A DNA stretch of 64,000 bases from Alphaproteobacteria bacterium (GTDB lineage Bacteria > Pseudomonadota > Alphaproteobacteria > MPNO01 > UBA830). Below are positions 10,449 through 21,817 of the stretch, piece by piece; position 1 is the first letter of the stretch, and each line of letters opens with the position of its first letter. The notes beneath the pieces were generated by a model. The model saw only the letters and a list, made by a program, of their open reading frames with translations. It made no database searches and had not been told where the DNA came from. The stretch is from positions 1,696,001 through 1,760,000 of the forward strand of contig OZ219790.1 in NCBI GenBank assembly GCA_964291215.2. Reading direction: 5' to 3'. Position numbers and translations under genes: made by a program.

Positions 10449-11077
10449 CCGAAGTTCCAGAAAATTTCGGCTGATTTCCACCTCAAGTTATTGATTTGGC
10501 GTGGTTTATCGGATTTTCCATACATCAAAATGTACCCATATAATTGTGGGCCGATTTTTGACAGAGAAAAACATATCAGCTATATATAGTGGCCATGTAT
10601 AGTGGCCATGTATATCGAATCCGTCCCCAACCGCTCCTCACCGCCCGCCATCACCGCACCGAACCTCGGGCCCATGTCTTCCTGTGCATGCTCGCCTGCT
10701 ACGTCGAATGGCATGCGCCAGAAACTGAAGCCCATGTTGTTCGACGACGAGGATGCCGAAGGCGCCAGCGCAGGTCTCGGCAAGCGCCCGGGCCGGCAGC
10801 AAGAGGAGCGTTGACGGTGATCCGGTGCACAGCTTCCGTACCCTGATCGACGATCTCGCCACCCTCACCCGCAACACCGTGGCGCCCCGCCTTGCGGGCG
10901 CCGAAACCCTTCCAGCTCACCACGCGGCCCACGCCGGTCCAGAAAAAGGCCCTCGATCTCCTAGGCGTGAAGCCTTGGTGTACCTTGGGCGTGAAGCCTT
11001 GGTGTACCCAGACCGCTGAAATTTATTGAATGTGATTTCTATCAGGCACTTACGTCTGATCGGCTCTGGAACTTCGG
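10449..11077 (+). mobile_element. Internally deleted IS1634-family element (~630 bp)
   Basis: Perfect 13-bp IR CCGAAGTTCCAGA; start MYIESVPNRSSPPAI joined to C-terminal RAHVFLCMLACYVEWH and VHSFRTLIDDLATLTRN. Confidence 0.8.
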
Positions 11078-11079
11078 GC

Positions 11080-13152
11080 GTAAGCATTCGTTCGTGCGGT
11101 GATGACGATCTGCGCTGAGGATTATTTGGGCGGTTGCAAGAAGGGTGCTGGTAATCGGAATTCGGCTGTGCTATCAGGTCGTGCATGGTCATGTGCATCA
11201 AGGATTTCGTGTCATCATCGGGTGCGGACGCCGCTGGCGACGTGCCGCAGTCGTCGTGTAGTGATTCGGCCACCTGGAAGTCCCTGTACGATCGCGAGCG
11301 CATTCGAGCCGAGGTTGCGGAGGGTCGCTGTGAGGAGCTGCGCCTGCGGGAGGTGGAGGGGCCGCGCGAATTCCCTGAAGGCGATTTTCGAGAGCAATCG
11401 TGAGAAGCTGGTAGCTGCCCGTGCGGAGGTCAGGGAAGTTCGGCGGACGGCGAAGCAGCCTCTTGCGCTGAAGCAGGAGGTTGCGCGTCCGGGCCAGCTT
11501 CTTGCCGAGACCGGCGCGCGGAAGCGGTCGACGGTGGTGTCGCTGCGCATGGAGAATGCCGGCCTGAAGACCGCGATGAGGGTTCTGAAGGGTCGGGGCG
11601 GAGAACGACAAGCTTCGTTCGAACAGGTCGTACGGGCGCAAGAGCGAGAAGAGGCAGCGGGCGTCATCGAAGCGCGGCCAGCAGCGCGGCACTCCTGGCC
11701 GCGGCCGGCGTTCGAGGAGGTGGAGGAGCGGCTGGAGGTGGCGGAGGACGCCTGCTCGTGCTGCGTTGCCAACGGTTCGCACCAGGATCATCGAGATCAA
11801 AAGCGGCGGATTGTCCGCCGGGGCTGTGACTGCCCCGGTTCACCGAGCGAGGTGGCGGCCGGCACCGCATTCGGGTGTGGACGCATGTGCTGCACGAGCG
11901 CGTGCATACGGCCCTTGCGCCGCGTCCAGGGGCTTTCGCCGGAAACGCTGGCCAGCGAGCCGGATGCTGCCCCTGTTCGAGCCGCTTCGGGACGCGATCC
12001 TCGCGCACCGGGGTCTGCGCCATGCCGATGCATCCGGGCCCCGAGGGAGGTCCGAAAGTCGCGCCTGGCTCCGGACATCGGTCAGCCGTGACGCGGTCCT
12101 CTCCCTCGCGCAGCGCCGAGGTCGCGGCGAAGCTGTTCGCGGACGCCCCCATGTATCCGGTCTGCGGCCACCGGCGGCCGGTCGGCGTTCGAGGCTGCGC
12201 AGGCGGCGCCGGAGACTGCGGTCTCCGCGCTGTTTGCGGAAGCGCCGAGGCTTCCTAAAGCGGCGCCGGAAGGCAGGCCGCTGCGCTCAACCATCGCGTG
12301 TTCGTCGACCATGGACAACAATTTCGGGAAAAGGGCTGTCAGGGGCCCGGGCGGAAGCCCGGCTTCGGTTCCGACAGCATGGACGGCTGTCATGTACACG
12401 GTACGGTCGCGAGGAGCGGCCTCGACGTTCTGCGCTGGCGCCTGCGCGGAGAACGTCGGCCCGGCGATCTGTCGCCCTGGTTGCCGTGAGCCCGGAGAGG
12501 CGGCGGAGATTCGCAGCGCCGCCGTGAGGTCGAGGGCGCGACTTCATGGTCGCGGAGATGCGGCTGTTGCGACGATCACGGAGCGAACCCCATCGCCCGC
12601 GCCTTCTGCCGCCGCCGGGGGCCCCCCCGAAGCTGATCACACCGCCGCCCCGAAGACCCTCGACGAGCTCCGCCCGCTGACACTGCCTCGGATACACGCG
12701 CTTGGCGGCGCCGCAGATGCGCTACGCGATCCATGCGGCGAGCCGCTGCTTCTCGACCGCCGCATGGAGCGCGCGCTGCAACACCACGCCCGTGCCCTGC
12801 GAGACCCTGGTCGAGGTCCCGCGCCGCGGCGTCTGCCGGCCGCGTCGGAACAACCAGCGGCCGCTACGACCGACATGACAGAAGCCGAAGAAGGACATCT
12901 GGCCCGCTCCGCAAGGACTGGAAGCGGACCCTCAATCGCTGACCCCTGCAACCGGCACGGGATGGCGCTCAGCTCCTCCTCCGCAGCGCCGGGACAAAAC
13001 CGCGACCAATGCGGAAAACACGGCATCGCGCCAGTGCCCCTCACCGCGCATCCCGGTGCACGAAACCGCTCCGGGTGACGCTCGAACTCCCTGACAAAAG
13101 CCCGTCAAACGGACGAAAACAACAACACCTCACCGCACGAACGAACGCTTAC
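11080..13152 (+). mobile_element. IS66-family element, decayed, with downstream DUF4338-like passenger
   Basis: IRs GTAAGCATTCGTTCGTGCG / CGCACGAACGAACGCTTAC; coiled-coil and zinc-finger remnants, DNNF.ERA.RGP. Confidence 0.78.
12524..12942 (+). pseudogene. DUF4338 (DruA-like) protein pseudogene
   Basis: Fragments GRDFMVAEMRLLR, APKTLDELRPL, NTTPVPCETLVEVPR, VGTTSGRYDRH, KPKKDIW..LRKDWKRTLNR. Confidence 0.65.
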
Positions 13153-13233
13153 CCAACCCGCCCTCCGCAAAACCCGGGTACTGCCTTGAAAAATCAGACA
13201 TAATTTAGCGCAAGATCGCCTTGGTTGTGACCG

Positions 13234-14984
13234 CACGGCGATCCCACGCTAGGTTTGTTGGAAGGGTCGGTTTCGCTTGTTCAGGATGATTCGCATTTTC
13301 GCTGGCTTTTTGTGAAGCGGCGTAGTATCCGTTGTCGTGGGGGCAGCGGATTTTTTTGAGACGACTCCGGAGGGTTTTGAGCTCCGGGATGTGGTTGTGC
13401 GCCTTGCGCGGCCTGATGTCGCTGGAACCGTGTTGTTGACCGTATCTTGGTTTCAAGCAGTTTGCCGGTCGAGGTCTGCGTGTTCACTTGGCGCGGGCGG
13501 TGGATTGGCACTGCAGGCTGGCAGACGGGCGCCCTCAGCTGCGCACCCGTTGGCTGGCGCCGCGAGGAACAGTTCAGGCGGTTGCCGGGAACAACACAAG
13601 GTTTGTTGTTCTTGGTGGTCGTTTCCGGGCCTCGTTTGCGTTGTCGCGGATGGTGCGGCGGCGACTGGGAGGCTGCCGTTGCTTGTTGCGGAGTCGTTTG
13701 TCTTGCCGACGAAGTTCAGCGGCACCATGTACAAGGCGGCGAACTGGGAGTGCGTTGGCAGGAGCTATGCGCGCGCCAGCGGGCGCTATACCGACCGGGG
13801 AGGCGAAGGATCTTTACGTGTTTCCGCTGCGTCGCGATGTCGGCTGCGGGATCGTTCGCCGCTTCCTGTGGCGTGGGAGTCTGCGGGCGCCGCTGGTCGG
13901 CGCAGGAGTTGCGCTCGATTTATCAGCGGCGCTTTCCGGCGCGCGCAGGGGCATCGCCTCGGTGCTGTGCGTGATTTTGCTGGCTTGCGAACCGGCACGG
14001 TGCGGTTGCGGCGGCGCACTACGACGCAGAAGGAGCTGGAGCAGCATGGAAGAACAGGGACAAGCCGGTCTCCACCGTGCACCGGGTGCTGCAGAACACC
14101 GACCCGGGATGGATCGAGGATGCGGCGCGCAGCCGCAGGTCGGCAACGCGGTCGACGGCAAGCGCACCGGCGAGGATCATTACGAGACAGTCTCGCTGGC
14201 CGGTATTCGATCCTCAACTATCACGACGGGGAGATCGCTGCCGTCCACGCCGCGACGGCGCTGGCCGTCTGCTCACCCTCGACGCGCTCCACACCACCCG
14301 CGAGGCTGATCATCGAGACCCATCGCGCGGACTGATGGTCAAGGGCAACGCACCTTCGAGAGAGCATCAACTGGAAGACCGCCAGCGCTACAACGAAAAG
14401 CCCGCGCATGGCCGCCAGCGCACCATCTTCACCCCGCTGGCGAAGATGATCAACTAGCAGATCTTCCGCGTCACCCGGCGCGTCGAATTCAAGAAATCCG
14501 GAAAACGGACAACCGAATACGCCATGACCTCGGCCGAACGCGCCTCGCCGCAACAGCTGCTCGCATGGAATCATGGACACTGGGTAGTCGAGAGCCATCA
14601 TCATGTCCGCGATGCCACCTTCCGCGAAGACGACTCCATGCTCCGAACGCGCCCGCAAACAACGCGATCACCCTTGCAATCATCATCCGCAACAAGCTGC
14701 CCAAACCCTTCAACAGCTTCGTCGACACCACTATGCCAACAAGCGCAAGCAGGTCCTGCACGCAATCACAAGACCAGGCTGACCGCGCCTCTCTCCCCGG
14801 CAGAAACTGCAAGCTTTCGAGCCCGGCAACCAAGGCCTCTCGCTCGCCCCGGATACGCCGACCAATCGCGCCCCGCCCCGTAACAGCGCGTCAGCAAATC
14901 TCAAAATCGCAGCCTCGAACGCGTCGACCCGCGCCACGATCAGGACTCCGATCATATCACATCAACAAGCATGGGATCACCTTG
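13234..14984 (+). mobile_element. ISAs1-family element with N-terminal DUF4338 fusion, copy A (decayed)
   Basis: IRs CACGGCGATCCCACGC / GCATGGGATCACCTTG; 9-bp TSD TTGTGACCG; ESFV..TKFSGTMYKAANWECVG followed by VDGK, TLDALHT, VKGN, HWVVESHHHVRDATFRED. Confidence 0.85.
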
Positions 14985-15093
14985 TTGTGACCGCCGGGGT
15001 GCTTGCCCCGGCCGCGGTTATGGGATAGGATTGCCGCACTGAAGCATGTTCATCTGCCACATGACAGATCGACCACAAAGGGGAAGAAGCGCG

Positions 15094-17433
15094 ATGACAC
15101 AGAATATTTCCCGGACCGGCGGCGCTGACGACGACACCCTGACGGGGGGCGTCGGCAATGACATCCTGAAAGGCGGCCTCGGCGACGACACGCTGACGGG
15201 CGGCGCTGGCGACGACACGCTGACGGGCGGAACCGCAAGCCCGGGTGCCGACGCGGACTTTCTCCTCATGAACCCCGGCAGTTCGGACGATGACACGCTG
15301 GACGGCGGTGCTGGCGACGACACGCTGGACGGCGGTGCTGGCGACGACACGCTGGACGGCGGCACGGACAACGACACGCTCTATGGCGGCGACGGGGACG
15401 ACACGGTGGATGGCGGTGCGGGCAACGACCGTCTGGAAGGCGGCCGGGGCGCCGACAGGCTGACCGGCGGCCGGGGCGCGGACTCGCTCTATGGCGGCAG
15501 TGGCCATGACGTCTTTGCGTTCGCGGTCGGCGACGGGGCCGATTACATCGGCGATTTCGAGGCTGGCGACATCATCGAGATTGCCGGGGTGTCCGGCGGT
15601 TTCGGGGATCTGGTGATCGAGCAGAAGGGCTTCCATACCGTCATCCGCTACGGCGACGGCGACACGATCAAGCTGGAGGGCGTGTCGGCGGCCTCCCTTG
15701 GCGCGGACGACTTCCGGTTCCTTCCCGTCGAGGCAGCCCCGCCGGAGGGCGGCGGCGAGGACGCTCTTGCACAGGGCGCGCCGCCGGAGGGCACGTCCGG
15801 CGACGCCTCGAGCGGCGGGCCTTCTGGCGGCGAGGTGCTGAAGGGTAGCAAGGACGCGGACACGCTCACCGGCGGGGCCGGCGACGACACCCTGCGTGGC
15901 TACGGGGGCGCCGACACGCTGACCGGCGGGGCTGGCGACGACCTCCTCTATGGCGGCCTGGGCGCCGACACGCTGACCGGCGGGGCTGGCGACGATACGC
16001 TGGGGGGCGGCAAGGGCAACGACACGCTGGACGGCGGCGCGGGCGACGACACGCTGCGCGGCGCCAGGGGTGCCGACACCCTGCGCGGCGGCGCGGGCGA
16101 TGACACGCTGGGGGGCGGCAAGGGCGCCGACACCTTCGTGTTCGTGGCGGGAGACGGCCACGACACGATCACCGACTTCGGAGCCGGCGACCGGATTCGC
16201 CTCGACGGCGAGTCCGGCGGATTCGCGGCGCTGGTCATCGAGCAGGACGGCGCCGATACCGTCATTCGCTACGGCGGCGGCGACACGATCACCCTGTCGG
16301 GCGTGTCGGCGGACAGCCTGGATGCGAACGACTTCATCCTGCCTGCTGGCGGTGGCGGCGACGATCACGAAAAGGCCGCTTACGGCGCCAGTACGAGCGA
16401 CGACGACAACGACGGCGGCAATCCCCTCGATAACGACAACGACGGTGGCAACCCGAATGCCGGCAACGATGGCGGCGACCCGAATGCCGGCAACGATGGC
16501 GGCAACCCGAATGCCGGCAACGATGGCGGCGAGGACACGGACACGATCCCGGGCACTTCGGGCGATGATCCGCCAGACATTGAGGCCTGCGGCGTGACCA
16601 TTCGTGGCAGCGCGGACCGCGATTGGCTCTTTGGCACCGCGTGCGACGACACGATCTACGGCAACTCGGGTGACGACAAGCTCTACGGTCGAAAAGGCGA
16701 TGACATAATCTATGGCGGCGGGGGTAACGACCTCCTCCGCGGCAATTCGGGCGACGATGAGCTCTGGGGTGGGGACGGGCACGACTTTCTGACCGGTCGT
16801 AACGGCGACGACACGCTGGAAGGCGGCAAGGGCAACGATTTTCTCTCGGGTGGTTTGGGGGTTGACACGCTCCGGGGCGGGGAGGGCGCCGACCGATTCG
16901 GTTTCTTCGAGAAGGGCTACTACAGCCAGTGGGGATTCAAGGATGGCAGCGACGACACGATCCTCGACTTCGAGGATGGAACGGACCGCCTCGACTTCCA
17001 CTCGGTCGACGGGGAACTCGGCTTCGATGACCTCGAGATCTGGCAGTCCGACAGCGGCGCTGCCATCAACTGGTCCCTGGGGACCATCACCCTGGAGGGG
17101 ATCCAGACGTCGCAACTGACCGAAGCCGATTTTCACTTCGTCGGCCTGCCCGACTGGGCACTCGACGACAGCAAGGGCGACGACACGCTCCGAGGCCGCC
17201 CGGGCTACGACTCGTTCGGATTCGCGAATGGTGGCGACGACACGATCGTCGGCTACGAGGACGGAATAGACCGCATCGACTTCTACACGGAAGACTCGGA
17301 GCTCGACTTCGACGACCTCGTGATCCGGCAGTCCGACAGCGGCGCGGTCATCACCTGGTCCCTGGGGACTGTTACCGTGGTGGGGATTCAGGCGTCGCAA
17401 CTGACCGAGGCCGATTTCGACTTCGTCGGCTGA
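15094..17433 (+). CDS. RTX / hemolysin-type calcium-binding repeat protein (probable T1SS substrate)
   Basis: Dozens of GGxGDDTLx nonapeptides and four DTIxDF..DF modules; no signal peptide; frame intact. Confidence 0.88.
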   Translation: MTQNISRTGGADDDTLTGGVGNDILKGGLGDDTLTGGAGDDTLTGGTASPGADADFLLMNPGSSDDDTLDGGAGDDTLDGGAGDDTLDGGTDNDTLYGGDGDDTVDGGAGNDRLEGGRGADRLTGGRGADSLYGGSGHDVFAFAVGDGADYIGDFEAGDIIEIAGVSGGFGDLVIEQKGFHTVIRYGDGDTIKLEGVSAASLGADDFRFLPVEAAPPEGGGEDALAQGAPPEGTSGDASSGGPSGGEVLKGSKDADTLTGGAGDDTLRGYGGADTLTGGAGDDLLYGGLGADTLTGGAGDDTLGGGKGNDTLDGGAGDDTLRGARGADTLRGGAGDDTLGGGKGADTFVFVAGDGHDTITDFGAGDRIRLDGESGGFAALVIEQDGADTVIRYGGGDTITLSGVSADSLDANDFILPAGGGGDDHEKAAYGASTSDDDNDGGNPLDNDNDGGNPNAGNDGGDPNAGNDGGNPNAGNDGGEDTDTIPGTSGDDPPDIEACGVTIRGSADRDWLFGTACDDTIYGNSGDDKLYGRKGDDIIYGGGGNDLLRGNSGDDELWGGDGHDFLTGRNGDDTLEGGKGNDFLSGGLGVDTLRGGEGADRFGFFEKGYYSQWGFKDGSDDTILDFEDGTDRLDFHSVDGELGFDDLEIWQSDSGAAINWSLGTITLEGIQTSQLTEADFHFVGLPDWALDDSKGDDTLRGRPGYDSFGFANGGDDTIVGYEDGIDRIDFYTEDSELDFDDLVIRQSDSGAVITWSLGTVTVVGIQASQLTEADFDFVG
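16447..16527 (+). repeat. 3 x 27-bp tandem repeat inside the RTX gene (G[ND]PNAGNDG)
   Basis: GGCAACCCGAATGCCGGCAACGATGGC repeated three times, with one substitution. Confidence 0.9.
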
Positions 17434-17729
17434 CACACCTGTCGCGCGGCGCCAGAGCTATGCGAGAAGCGCCGCGCTGAGCGCCAGCCAGAGGGGCAGG
17501 AGCGTTGCGGGCCCGACATGCGGGCGCCCGGCGGCAGCTGACTGTGGCACGGATGCAACAGGTCCGGGCAATCGGCGTTCGGGTGGCCTGCCCGTTCCCT
17601 CCCGGCACATGCGGCCCGGGCGCGCCTGCGGCCTCATGCGCTTTCCCCGGCCTGTTTTCTGCCGCGGCGCCCGTTCGACAAGGCCTGTCCAACCCCGCGG
17701 ATCGGGCGGGTCTGGTTCAACGGGCCCCA

Positions 17730-17992
17730 CAATATCCCCGCCGAGGCAAGGGGGAGCTGAAAGGTCCGAACATCCTCCAAGTCCAAACGATCCGGAGACC
17801 GGCGGCGCTCCCAAAAGGACCGCACCGAATGGAGGGACATGGACGCCCTTGCCCACTGGCCCAAGGCCAGCATCCGCCACCCGTGGCCAAGCCAGCGTCT
17901 TGTCGTCAGGACCTGAGGGAGGAGCCGGATGCGAACAGCGCATGTCCGGATCCGTGCGGCGGAACCGGGGAAACCCGGTTCCCTATCGCGAT
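17730..17992 (+). mobile_element. Group II intron 3' remnant (maturase tail, domains V and VI)
   Basis: RRRSQKDRTEW..PKASIRHPWPSQRL; GAGCCGGATGCG..CGCATGTCCGGATC domain V; domain VI hairpin ending CCCTATCGCGAT. Confidence 0.8.
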
Positions 17993-18457
17993 AGTTGGTG
18001 CACAGCTGTACCCACTCCTTACCTGGCCTCGTTCCCGTTCCTGGGTCCGGAGCTGATCTACAGCGATCCTCCCTATCTACATGCGGCTCGGCGTTCGTCG
18101 CGGCGCTGCCGCTTCGAATACGAGGAGGCCGACCATGTCGCGCTCCTCGAACTGCTCAAGGGTTTGCCGTGTCAGGTGATGGTTTCAGGCCACCCGTCTG
18201 CGCTTTACGACGACCTGCTGACGGGTTGACGCCGTCTTGCGCTGCAGGTGACGACCCAGGCCCGGGTGCGGACCGAGGTGATGTGGTTCAACTTTGCCCC
18301 CGACCGGGTGCACTGGTCGCGCCACGCGGGCCGGAACTTCACCGACCGCCAGCGCATCAAGCGCAAGGCGGCCAACTGGGGGCGGCGCTACGAGGCGATG
18401 CCGGCGGGGGAACGTCTCGCGGTGCTGGTCGCGATCATGGCCGTCGAGGGTTCGTGA
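17993..18457 (+). pseudogene. Dam-like N6-adenine DNA methyltransferase, C-terminal part
   Basis: ELIYSDPPY motif IV, HVALLELLK.LPCQVMVSG, RTEVMWFNF; stop overlaps the transposase start (GTGA). Confidence 0.75.
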
Positions 18458-19883
18458 CAGTCTTGCGCTGGCGCGAGGACCTCGCTGCCCATGACGAGGC
18501 CTTCGTGCGCCTGCAGGATCTTTTCAGTCCACCCTCCTTCGCCGTGACAACCGTCAAGGGAATGGGGTCAGGGGCTGCTGCGCCTGAGCGCGGCGCTGAT
18601 CAAGGAGGTCGACGCGCTGGAGTGCGAGAATGTCCACTTGCGCGAACGGGTTGTCGCACTCGAGCGCAGCACTCGACAGCTCCAGGCCGCCGGCCAGCGA
18701 CGATCTGAAGAAAAAGAGCGGACCCCGGAAGAAGCGCACCCGGAGCCGGGCCGCAAGTCCGACAGGCCCAGCGGCGGCCAGCCGGGCCACAAGGGAGCCA
18801 CTCCGGAGCAGGCCGAAAGCCCGGACCACATCGTCGATCATGATCCTTGCGCCTGCAAGGGCTGCGGCGCGCCGCTGTCGGATGATGATCGTCACGCAGA
18901 ACCCGTCTGTCGGCAGGTCTTCGATGTGCCGCAGCCCCTCGAGGTCACCGAACATCGCGCCCATCGCTGCCTTTGCGCCGCCTGCGCCACCGTGACAACA
19001 GCCGCCTTCCCACACGGCATGAGCGCCCCGGTCCAGTACGGGCCACGCATCACCGCGTGGGTCTGTCGCACGCCCGGTTCATTCGCACTCGGGCACCGGT
19101 CAAACACGTCGACGAGACCGGCATCCGCATCGCCGGCCGGACCCGGTGGCTCGATGTGCCGTGCACCCCGTTGCTCACCATCCTGCGCGTCGCCTCCGGG
19201 CGCCGCCACATCGACGAGAAGCTCAACGGCATCGTCATCCATGACGACTACGCCACCTGCTTCGCTCTCGAGGGCGTGCGCCACGGCGCCTGCAACGCCC
19301 ATCACCTGCGCGAACTCCAGGCCCTGATCGAGAAGGAAGACCGGGCCACCGCGATGCACCTGCTCCTCATCCGTGCCAACAGAGCCGCCCGCTTCGCCCG
19401 CAAGAACAACCGCGACATGCCCGCTTCACGGGGCGCCCGAATCTCGCAAGCCCGGGACAGGATTCTCGAGCGTGCCATCGCTTCCCACGAAGACAGGCCG
19501 CCGCTCCAGCCCGCAAGGCGCGGACGACAAAGACGCCGCATCGGTCACAACCTCGCGCTCCCGCTCCGCAAGCACAAGGACGGGGGCCTGCGCTTTCTCA
19601 CCGACCCTCGTTCTCCGACAACGAGGCGCGACCTCCGGATGGGCAAGCTGCGGCAGAAGATCTCGGGCGGCTTCCGCTCCATGTAAGGCGCTTCGCCAAC
19701 CTGCGATCCGTCATCACCACCGCCCGAAAACAGGACTGGAATGTCCTCGAAACCCTGGCCCACCCCGAACCCATCCAGCTGATCCCGAAACCGCGCTTGT
19801 GAAATCCCTCCTCGGCGCCACCACACCGGAACCATCAATCCACCTCCTGTGAGCGCTCGCCGAAATCAGACCTGGGCAGTTAC
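18454..19883 (+). mobile_element. IS66 transposase pseudogene and right end
   Basis: GGQPGHKG, CxxCG finger, RQVFDVP, VQYGP, HVDETG, HDDY, CNAHHLREL, KISGGFRS; end CCTGGGCAGTTAC. Confidence 0.88.
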
Positions 19884-20485
19884 GCCACAGCATCCGAGCG
19901 CTGGAATTCGGCGCCAGCGTGTTCGACGGGACCGCCCGAGACCCCTATCTGCTGTATCTGTAGCGTCTCCGGACCACGGTGTTGGTGCCGAATTACGAGC
20001 AGATCCGCCAGTTCGGGCTTGACGCGCAACTGACCACCAGGCCATTGCTTCTCGAGCTCGAGGCGATTCGCCGCGAGGGTGCCCGCAACCAGCCCCTTCG
20101 GGAGAACGACTTTGGTGCGTTCATCATCGGTGGAGAATATGCATGCGCGTCCGTCTTCGGCTCGGACATTGGCCTCACCCTGTTCGCGGAATGGCTCCAT
20201 GACGGATGGCTGCGGCAGGCGACCAACGCCTTCCAGAACGACATCTTCGTGGCTGCGCGTTTCGCCTTCAACGACGCCGAAAGTACTGATCTGACCTTCA
20301 GCCTGCTGAAGGATCTGGACTACTCGACCCAGGCCGCGGGCGTCGAATTCAACCGGCGGCTCTCGAACCAGTGGTCACTGCGTTTCGAGGCGACCGTCTC
20401 CTTTGACGTTGCCGAAAGGGATCTGCTCCCCTACTCGACCCGGCGTGACAGCTTCGCCGAGTTGTACCTAGTTTACAGCTTCTGA
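19884..20485 (+). pseudogene. 5'-truncated probable outer-membrane beta-barrel protein
   Basis: Amphipathic beta pattern ending LYLVYSF (C-terminal Phe); begins abruptly at the IS66 end. Confidence 0.55.
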
Positions 20486-20500
20486 TCCTGCCGGCGCGGC

Positions 20501-21817
20501 TCAGGCCAGGCCGGTCCCCACACGGCCGTTTCCCCGCGCCCGAAGATGATCGTCCGAGATTGCGCGCGCGGCCATTACGCCGGACCGCACGGCGCCCTCA
20601 ATCGTTGCCGGCAGCCCGGTATCGATCCAGTCACCTGCAAGATACAGATTGACAAGTCGGCTCCGCGTCCCAGAGCGTTTCAGGTTCCGGGGCGTCTGCG
20701 CGAACGTGGCGCGTCTTTCCTTGACCACGCGATATTGCGGCACGACATCGGGATCGTGGTCCAGCGCAGTGGCGACATCCCGCCAAGTCTGGCGGGCGAT
20801 CCTCTCTGCCGGTTCGCCGACATGCGCGTTTGCTGCGCTGATCGTGATCGACGCCACAGTGCCGCGGGTGAAGAGCCATTGCGCGGTGCCGCCGATCAGC
20901 CCGAGGAATGGCAACTCGTTCGGCAGTCCGGTGGATTTCGGAAGGCGAAAATGCACATTGACGATCGGCTGGCTTTCCTCCGGCGCGTCGAGGCCCGGAA
21001 CGAGATTGGCCGCTGCCGCCGGGGGAACGGCAAGAATGACGCTGTCGTTCTCTCCCAGCGCTACTGTTTCGTGGCAGAACTCAAGGCGCTCCACGCGGCC
21101 GGCTGCGCCGCCGATCGCACACAGCCGACTGTTGAACCGGACGACGGCTCCGTGACGGCCGAGAAACCCGAGGGCCGGAGTGACGAAGGTATCCGAGAGG
21201 CCGGTCCTGGCGATCCGCGGCCGGCAGGCAGCTTCACCGCGCGCGAAGGTTTCGCCGAGGACCGGGCGCAAGAGACGTGCCGCGCCGAGTTCGGCCGGCG
21301 TGTTCAGCGCTGCGACTGCAAGCGGTTCCCAGAACCTCTCGAACAGAACGCCGCCGTTGCCGACGCACTCCGTCACCGTCCGGTTGCTGCCGGCCAGCGC
21401 CAGCCGAAGTCCGGGAAGGTAGTCGGCGAAAACCGTGTCCGGTACGCGCCGCCGGGAATCGAGGATCCACCAGGGCAGGCGCCCGGCATTGGGCCGCAAC
21501 AGCCATCGCTGGCTGGTGCGCAGGTCGAGAAACGGAAAACAGGCCGAAGCGGGGCCAGCCAGCATGTCGTCGCTCCCGATGGTCTTGAGATAGCGCATCG
21601 TCTCGCGGTTGCCGCTCAGCAGGAGATGGTTTCCGTTGTCGATCAGGCAATCGAGGCTGCTGTCGACGAAGGACCTGCAGCGCCCGCCAGCAGTGCCCGC
21701 GGCCTCGTGAAGCGTCACGGCGTGCCCTTGGCGTGCCAGCAGAGTTGCGGCGGCCAGACCCGCCATTCCGGCGCCAACGACATGAGTGATCGGAGGGCGG
21801 CGGTCAGAACAGCCCAT
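20501..21817 (-). CDS. hpnE: Hydroxysqualene dehydroxylase
   Basis: VVGAGMAG FAD motif, AGGRCRSF, DNGNHLLLSGN, AGDWIDTGLPATIEGA; adjacent to hpnD. Confidence 0.9.
   Translation of the reverse strand: MGCSDRRPPITHVVGAGMAGLAAATLLARQGHAVTLHEAAGTAGGRCRSFVDSSLDCLIDNGNHLLLSGNRETMRYLKTIGSDDMLAGPASACFPFLDLRTSQRWLLRPNAGRLPWWILDSRRRVPDTVFADYLPGLRLALAGSNRTVTECVGNGGVLFERFWEPLAVAALNTPAELGAARLLRPVLGETFARGEAACRPRIARTGLSDTFVTPALGFLGRHGAVVRFNSRLCAIGGAAGRVERLEFCHETVALGENDSVILAVPPAAAANLVPGLDAPEESQPIVNVHFRLPKSTGLPNELPFLGLIGGTAQWLFTRGTVASITISAANAHVGEPAERIARQTWRDVATALDHDPDVVPQYRVVKERRATFAQTPRNLKRSGTRSRLVNLYLAGDWIDTGLPATIEGAVRSGVMAARAISDDHLRARGNGRVGTGLA

Noticed and set aside
10585-11008. Short tandem duplications (TATAGTGGCCATG x2; GGCGTGAAGCCTTGGTGTACC x2)
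   Set aside because: Lie inside a dead IS1634 derivative and are best explained as slippage products.
10331-13221. Imperfect inverted repeat pair (GAGGAGTCTCACGCTAAATT / AATTTAGCGCAAGATCGCCT) suggesting another enclosing IS
   Set aside because: No TSD or transposase remnant could be assigned, so it was not called as a feature.
13234-14984. Druantia anti-phage system
   Set aside because: Only a DruA-like domain inside IS boundaries; no DruE helicase or other dru genes in the window.
15120-16530. 27-bp periodic repeats as a possible CRISPR array
   Set aside because: They encode RTX nonapeptides and a linker in frame, have no unique spacers, and no cas genes are present.
14977-17436. 819-aa ORF antisense to the RTX gene
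   Set aside because: Shadow frame produced by high GC and codon-periodic repeats; no recognisable motifs.
17434-17729. GC-rich sequence between the RTX stop and the intron remnant
   Set aside because: Could not be assigned to a gene, RNA or IS family with any confidence.
17730-17992. Retron or diversity-generating retroelement
   Set aside because: Only a maturase tail with intron domains V-VI; no RT core and no template/variable repeat pair.
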